From the NCBI GenBank assembly GCA_964426185.1, contig CAYRPF010000028.1, positions 1-32,000 of the forward strand: a stretch of 32,000 nt of DNA, given 5' to 3'. A program made the position numbers and the translations under genes. This stretch comes from an uncultured archaeon (GTDB lineage Archaea > Asgardarchaeota > Lokiarchaeia > Sigyniarchaeales > Promethearchaeaceae). Below the pieces are notes generated by a model. The model worked only from the letters and a program-made list of their open reading frames with translations, made no database searches and was not told the DNA's origin. This document shows positions 26,946-32,000 of the stretch, in pieces. Every line of letters begins with the position of its first letter. Position 1 is the first letter of the stretch.

Positions 26946-27209
26946 TTATATCTTTTTAACCAATTTCATGGTTTTACCACATTTTTCACAGCGGTAATCT
27001 TCTTCAGAAAGTTCTCGTTTGCGGAGTGTCCGTTGATAACCGCATTTTGTTGTGCATTTTAGGTAAAATTTTCTGCGTATTCCTGCAGTTGTTTTTTTTT
27101 TTATGGATATTTTACTTGACTTTTTAGTGGACTTTTTGCTTTTTTTATCTTCAGGCTGTGTTTTAGATTTTACTTTAACACCAAATTTATCCAAGCTCAT
27201 GATTATCAC
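26946..27209 (-). CDS. Small basic Zn-ribbon protein
   Basis: Lys-rich N-terminus, then CTTKC...CEKCG. Confidence 0.75.
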   Translation of the reverse strand: MIIMSLDKFGVKVKSKTQPEDKKSKKSTKKSSKISIKKKTTAGIRRKFYLKCTTKCGYQRTLRKRELSEEDYRCEKCGKTMKLVKKI

Positions 27210-27288
27210 AATATGATAATTATTCTAAATAATATTCAAAATGCATCTGTGCTTATTAAGAAGAGCAGAATTTGGGTTTTTTTAAAAA

Positions 27289-28557
27289 TTATTTATTACT
27301 AATTGTATCTTTTGATTCTTCTTCATGTTCTTTTTCATGTTTTTTCTCATTTTTCTCCTTCTTTTTGTCATCTGTATATTTTTTGAAGAGTTTTTCTTTT
27401 ATACCTAAAATTGCAGCTAATTGTTCTTTAGATTTCTTCTCTTCCCGACTTTTTTCTCTTTCTTTTGCTTCAATGCGGGCTAATTTCTTCCGTTCTTTTT
27501 CAATTTTCTTTTCTAACGCAAGTTTTGCAGCTTCCAATGCTTTCAAAGATTGAATCTGTTTTAATTCAGCTTTGTATTCGTTTTTATCTGCTTTCCATTC
27601 TAAGCGTTCAAGCCGTTCTCTTGCTTTTTCCCGTTTTTGTTGAGCTTTTTCCAGTAATTTCTGGGCTCGGCGATCTTTGTATTCCGTCTTTTTCAATTGA
27701 TAATAGGCAATTGGTGTTTTCCGACCTTTTAGTTCTTCATGTTCTGCAATTATTTCTTCCACTTCTTTGATTGGTTTTATTTTGGCGCGTTCTTCTGCAG
27801 TAAGGTCATCCTTTTCTCTAAATTCGCTGGGTCGATATTTCATAGCTGGGGTTCCCATATACACCCAATTGGGTTCCAACTCTTGATGGAAAGAAGTGCT
27901 GGAAAGGGCACCTAGAATGGTGTTATCTCCTATAATTGTTCCTGGACTGACCACAGAGTGGGCTCCAATCAAGCAATTTTTTCCAATCTTTACTTTCTTT
28001 ATGATGAGAAGTTCAGTGGTAATTAAGGAAGTCATGATTACAGAACCTTGCCCGATAATTGTTCCAGGTCCGACTTCTAAGAATTCTGAATCCACCCATG
28101 CATCATATGTGGGTGTAGAGAATGATACTCGGTTTCCAAAGACCTTAAGAGCAAGTGAATCTGCCCAAGGAACGGGAAAATTATGGCAAATCCACAGAGT
28201 AAATTTTTTAATTACTGCGCGAAGACTCCAAAATCGATAATCGCGGTTTTTAGAAGATCTTTCAAAATATCCCTCACGTGGACGATGGAATAGGTTAATT
28301 ATTTTAAGAAAAAGCCAAGACCACCATATTGCTCCAAAAATCAATAGAAAATAGCCCAGAAAGAAAAGAAGGGGGAATATTCCCAAAAACCAAGCAAGTG
28401 AAATTTCGAAAGATGAAAGGATCTTAAAAATAATATATGTTTCGGGAAACAAAGTTAACCAAATCAATAAAACATATAGTAAAATATCCCATTTTACCAA
28501 TAAAGTATTTGTGGTAGTCGGTCCTGCTTTTAAACTGGTCGGTAGTTGATTTGACAT
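27289..28557 (-). CDS. Membrane-anchored left-handed beta-helix (hexapeptide) acyltransferase-like protein with a long charged C-terminal coiled coil
   Basis: Two TM segments, PREGYF...YRFW, hexapeptides VGPGTIIGQGSVI and VKIGKNCLIGAHSVVSPGTIIGDNTILGALS, YMGTPA, then a K/E-rich tail. Confidence 0.8.
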   Translation of the reverse strand: MSNQLPTSLKAGPTTTNTLLVKWDILLYVLLIWLTLFPETYIIFKILSSFEISLAWFLGIFPLLFFLGYFLLIFGAIWWSWLFLKIINLFHRPREGYFERSSKNRDYRFWSLRAVIKKFTLWICHNFPVPWADSLALKVFGNRVSFSTPTYDAWVDSEFLEVGPGTIIGQGSVIMTSLITTELLIIKKVKIGKNCLIGAHSVVSPGTIIGDNTILGALSSTSFHQELEPNWVYMGTPAMKYRPSEFREKDDLTAEERAKIKPIKEVEEIIAEHEELKGRKTPIAYYQLKKTEYKDRRAQKLLEKAQQKREKARERLERLEWKADKNEYKAELKQIQSLKALEAAKLALEKKIEKERKKLARIEAKEREKSREEKKSKEQLAAILGIKEKLFKKYTDDKKKEKNEKKHEKEHEEESKDTISNK

Positions 28558-28608
28558 TTTGAATTACTCCCTCTTTATTGTTGTATATTTTTTATTCTTG
28601 CATATTTT

Positions 28609-29487
28609 TTACTTTTGCGTATTTTTCGCTTCTTTATATCGCTTTTTTCGCTGTTTATTTTGAAGCACCAGCGGTTCAAGCTCATCTGGAATTTCAAGCA
28701 TCCTTATATAACGTTTAAGCGAAATCTTTCCGACGGGTAAACCGAAATATTTGCCAAATCCCTTAACTCTCCGAAATTTCACCACTCCCGACATTGGTAA
28801 AAATTCTGTATAGGGGTCCAATTCAGTTCCAGGAGGAATTGCATTAAAAGCACCCACAACGGCATGATCTCCAATTTTCACTTTTTTTAAAGTTATGGCA
28901 CCGTATTTTCCTTCCACAAGATGGCTGCTTACTATTGCACCCTGCCCAATATATGCGTTTTCTCCCATCTCCAAAAATTCTTGGGTATAAAACTGATCTT
29001 CTAACACAGAATTTTTTCCAATTTTGTTCGCACCTACAAATGCAAAAGCCCAAGGAACCAACCAGGGATATATTGATTTAGAAACTTCCCATTTTAAGAT
29101 ACGTAAAATTAATCCACGCAAGTGATAATAATTTAGCGCCCGAACTTCAGCTCTATTTACACCAGCAGCTGCCACCAATTCCGTTTGAGGCGACCGCCAA
29201 TTACAAAATCGTATCACCCAACGGCTGAACAGGATTAAAATCATTAATCTAATAAAAAAGAAGAGTATAATAATTATGGGGGTAAAAATCCATATCGCAA
29301 TTAATCTAAGGTCTATAATAACTAACGAAAATTGAAGCAAACTTGGCAAATTTGGATATACTGAAAATTTTACATAATAATACAAACCAATTGATGGAAA
29401 AAACCAAGAATATCCCCAAATAAATAAGATAATTGGAACATACCGTTCATATTGAATTCTAACCTTAGGGACAGCGGAAGAGATCAT
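28609..29487 (-). CDS. Membrane-anchored left-handed beta-helix acyltransferase-like protein (paralog)
   Basis: Two TM segments, MGENAYIGQGAIVSSH, VKIGDHAVVGAFNAIPPGT, YFGLP. Confidence 0.8.
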   Translation of the reverse strand: MISSAVPKVRIQYERYVPIILFIWGYSWFFPSIGLYYYVKFSVYPNLPSLLQFSLVIIDLRLIAIWIFTPIIIILFFFIRLMILILFSRWVIRFCNWRSPQTELVAAAGVNRAEVRALNYYHLRGLILRILKWEVSKSIYPWLVPWAFAFVGANKIGKNSVLEDQFYTQEFLEMGENAYIGQGAIVSSHLVEGKYGAITLKKVKIGDHAVVGAFNAIPPGTELDPYTEFLPMSGVVKFRRVKGFGKYFGLPVGKISLKRYIRMLEIPDELEPLVLQNKQRKKRYKEAKNTQK

Positions 29488-29541
29488 TAATCATCAAGAA
29501 TTGATTATTTTGATCAAATAAAAAGCAAATCATCTAAAATG

Positions 29542-29949
29542 TTAACCATCGGGATTTCGCTTGTTAAACAACGATTTCAATTCATCCATGATACTGCCCC
29601 GAAGACTCACCGGATTAGCTGGAGCGGCATTTGCTTGTGGTTTCGGCGCTGGAGGTGGAGGTGCTCCAGGTTTTGACCCAGAAGGTGGTGGTGGGGCTCC
29701 AAGACCTGCTGCGCCACCGCCTTGTGCAATTTTTCGTTCTAATGTACCAATTTTAGATTCAATTGAACTTATTTTTTTAGATAATCCATTAATTTGATTT
29801 GTAATTACTTGAATCTGAACATCTGTCATTTCTGGAATCTTTAAAACAATTTGCATAATCTTCTCTATCACATCCGCCAACCCTTCTACTCTTTCTTTTA
29901 AGGGTGCTTCAGAATTAGCATTCATCATCTTGAAAAATTCTTCTGCCAT
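29542..29949 (-). CDS. Coiled-coil + polyproline + C-terminal WH2/FAB-like helix protein
   Basis: Heptads ITNQINGLSKKISSIESKIGTLERKI; GAPPPPS and GAPPPPAPKP; terminal LRGSIMDELKSLFNKR. Confidence 0.75.
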   Translation of the reverse strand: MAEEFFKMMNANSEAPLKERVEGLADVIEKIMQIVLKIPEMTDVQIQVITNQINGLSKKISSIESKIGTLERKIAQGGGAAGLGAPPPPSGSKPGAPPPPAPKPQANAAPANPVSLRGSIMDELKSLFNKRNPDG

Positions 29950-30075
29950 TAACCATTCACATTCCGTTTCAATATTATATAAAAATTTTCTCTACAATAG
30001 AGAATAATAGTTGTTCTTATTAAGAATTACTTTTCCAATAATTCCAATTTTGGCATGAGGAAAAATTAAAAAAGC

Positions 30076-30696
30076 TTAGAATTCGAGAAATCCAGGATCG
30101 CCTAAAATTTCTTCTATATTTGCTCGTTTTTTTGGCTTTTCTGAAGGAATATCTTGCTCTTCCCCAAATGGATTCATTTCTTGTTCATCGTAAATATTTT
30201 CTTCTAATTCCGCATCAACGATCAAACCAGCTTTCAATTGTTCCAATAGGCGTTTCTCATTTTCTTTATATTGCTTGGCGGTTTCTTTCCACCGTTCTGC
30301 ATTTTCTAAATCTTTCGGATCATTATATTTCTCAAATTCTTCCAAAGCCTTATCTGCATTAATTTGAGCATTATCTGATAGGAAAGAATATACTAAAGCC
30401 AATTCGGAATATTGTTGCTTTTCCTTCAAGATTTCTTCGCGTCTGGTTAATCTTTCATATTCTTGATCTTTATAGTAGATATCAATAAAAGAACCAAATG
30501 CATCAACGGGTTCACTGATTTCATTCTTAGGAACTACCTGCTGCTCACCGCAATGCCCGCATTCAATCAAAGCTTTGTCATCGCTATACTTCATATTCGC
30601 TTTCATGGTTTTATGTCCACATTTCGGGCAAGTAAAAATTTTAGGAACGGCTCTTACTCTTCTATAAACTACTTTTTTTCGCTTTCTTCTTCCCAT
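30076..30696 (-). CDS. elf1: Transcription elongation factor Elf1 with a ~130-aa C-terminal extension
   Basis: MGRRKRKK, FTCPKCGH, CGHCG, EPVDAFGSFID match the Elf1 signature. Confidence 0.9.
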   Translation of the reverse strand: MGRRKRKKVVYRRVRAVPKIFTCPKCGHKTMKANMKYSDDKALIECGHCGEQQVVPKNEISEPVDAFGSFIDIYYKDQEYERLTRREEILKEKQQYSELALVYSFLSDNAQINADKALEEFEKYNDPKDLENAERWKETAKQYKENEKRLLEQLKAGLIVDAELEENIYDEQEMNPFGEEQDIPSEKPKKRANIEEILGDPGFLEF

Positions 30697-30742
30697 TATA
30701 TTTCATATTATATAAAAAATCCATTTCCAAAAAATTTTCGCA

Positions 30743-31708
30743 TTATTTTTCTTTATCGATTTCATCCATAATTTCTTTGGCACAAGATGGGCAGTAACTA
30801 TGAGAAAAATAAACATCATTGTGTTTTGCCAAATATTCTTCTAATTGTTCCCAATAACCTTCATCTGTGCGTATTTTCTTACATTTAGAACAAATGGGTA
30901 AAATAGTTCGCAGTTCATTTATTTCCTTTTTTGCATCTTCATACTTTTTTAACAAACTTTTACGTTTGGGCGGTAAAAAATAGCGAATGAAAGAAAATTG
31001 AATGGATGTGAATTTTTCCAATTTCGATGGGAATAAATTTAAGTAGATGAATAGAAGTAATCCAAATCCTCCCCCAAAGATTAGTTTTGCATAAATTCCA
31101 TATTTTATAGATAGGTTACTGCCTGAAAATAATATGTTTATCCCTACAGGGTAGAGAATTCCATCTAAAATCATAATTATTATGAATATAATGGTAATAA
31201 CTCCCGAAAGAAGCAAATTATGTTTTTTCTTCTGGAAGAAAAGACGGAAAGTAAAAAGTAATAGCAATAATTCTCCACTAATCAAGAGATATGAATATAA
31301 AACCGATTTATAAGAAAATTCAACAATCATTTCTGAATAATCCAGATAAATAACATTAACATTAGAGGCAAAAACTCCATTTAATAAAATAAACAATAAG
31401 GAAATAAAAAGATTCAAGATGAAAATGAAATTTATTAGATTTCTGACATTTTCAGGCTCAGGATGTGTTAACACAAGGAAAATGGCGGCGAACATCAAGG
31501 CACTGTATGCAATATCGCCCCCGTTAAGTAAAAAATTCTTTGATAATTGAAGTGAATATAAGGAATTGAATATTTTAGTTAGACAAAATACTGCTCCCAG
31601 ATAAGCATAACTAAAATACAACTGATATTTCGGCTTAAATAAGGTAATGAAAAAAATGGGGAAGGCATAAATCGCAAAATGTAATAAAATTACTATGATT
31701 GAGTTCAT
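30743..31708 (-). CDS. Multi-pass membrane protein with a C-terminal Cys/His metal-binding domain
   Basis: About 7 TM segments, a short coiled coil, then LPICSKCKKIRTDEGYWEQLEEYL...FSHSYCPSC. Confidence 0.75.
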   Translation of the reverse strand: MNSIIVILLHFAIYAFPIFFITLFKPKYQLYFSYAYLGAVFCLTKIFNSLYSLQLSKNFLLNGGDIAYSALMFAAIFLVLTHPEPENVRNLINFIFILNLFISLLFILLNGVFASNVNVIYLDYSEMIVEFSYKSVLYSYLLISGELLLLLFTFRLFFQKKKHNLLLSGVITIIFIIIMILDGILYPVGINILFSGSNLSIKYGIYAKLIFGGGFGLLLFIYLNLFPSKLEKFTSIQFSFIRYFLPPKRKSLLKKYEDAKKEINELRTILPICSKCKKIRTDEGYWEQLEEYLAKHNDVYFSHSYCPSCAKEIMDEIDKEK

Positions 31709-31832
31709 GGAATAAACCTTTTTCCTAGAAAAAAAATATTTAATGTATTTAGTTCTCCTTTGAAAATATTAATTATTTGATTTAAAATTATAACGGGGAA
31801 AAAAAATATGCAAATAATCTAAAAGATCTTTT

Positions 31833-32000
31833 CTAATGCTTTTGAATGATGTTTAAGGCAGCAATAGTCCCATCAGACACAGCAGTTGTAATTTGCCATT
31901 GGTATTTATCCCGTAGATCACCTACAGCATAAACACCAGGAATATTGGTTTCCATGGTGTGTTCATCGGTTGGAATATAGCCATAATCGTTTAAGGCAAG
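31833..32000 (-). CDS. trxB: Thioredoxin reductase C-terminus (partial, runs off window end)
   Basis: Hand translation: LALNDYGYIPTDEHTMETNIPGVYAVGDLRDKYQWQITTAVSDGTIAALNIIQKH*; TNIPGVYAVGD and QITTAVSDG are FAD-binding motifs. Confidence 0.85.
   Translation of the reverse strand, partial: LALNDYGYIPTDEHTMETNIPGVYAVGDLRDKYQWQITTAVSDGTIAALNIIQKH

Noticed and set aside
1092-30771. Many short alternative-frame or antisense ORFs in the track (e.g. 1092-1349, 2150-2359, 4034-4300, 9357-9581, 13876-14232, 17025-17453, 27272-27553, 27896-28240, 29561-29797, 30463-30771)
   Set aside because: They overlap well-supported genes, carry no motifs, and have the composition expected of shadow frames.
1-32000. 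tRNA, rRNA, CRISPR array, IS element, or selenocysteine read-through
   Set aside because: Intergenic gaps are short and AT-rich, with no cloverleaf, repeat-spacer periodicity or transposase, and no gene appears broken by an in-frame TGA. tRNAscan-SE and Infernal would be needed to exclude small RNAs fully.

Overview
AT-rich, gene-dense archaeal DNA. gatD/gatE, EF-1beta, Elf1, an archaeal-type AsnRS, a ubiquitin-like protein, a JAMM protease and a longin-like protein point to an Asgard archaeon, probably Lokiarchaeia-like (inference). In order, the window holds: a co-oriented minus-strand run (ubiquitin-like protein ending GG-N, type ISP-like adenine methyltransferase, HAD hydrolase, UEV-like/JAMM fusion); mutL, whose conserved N-terminus has no canonical start codon; EF-1beta with an unannotated Zn-finger gene; an Asp/Glu racemase with an EamA-RAM fusion transporter and a stand-alone RAM protein; two more orphan DNA methyltransferases around an SDR; three tandem Hsp20 genes behind a palindromic operator; a mirror-image block (ansA > < gatD1 < gatE1 < longin | gatE2 > gatD2 > < asnS) with two complete, divergent GatDE amidotransferases; two membrane left-handed beta-helix proteins; a coiled-coil/polyproline/WH2-like protein; an extended Elf1; a membrane sensor-like protein; and the 3' end of trxB. 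I saw no rRNA, tRNA, CRISPR array or transposase. Best leads: the duplicated GatDE cluster, the VASP/WASP-like candidate actin regulator, and the Ubl plus UEV-JAMM module. All family assignments come from motif recognition by eye; no searches were run.
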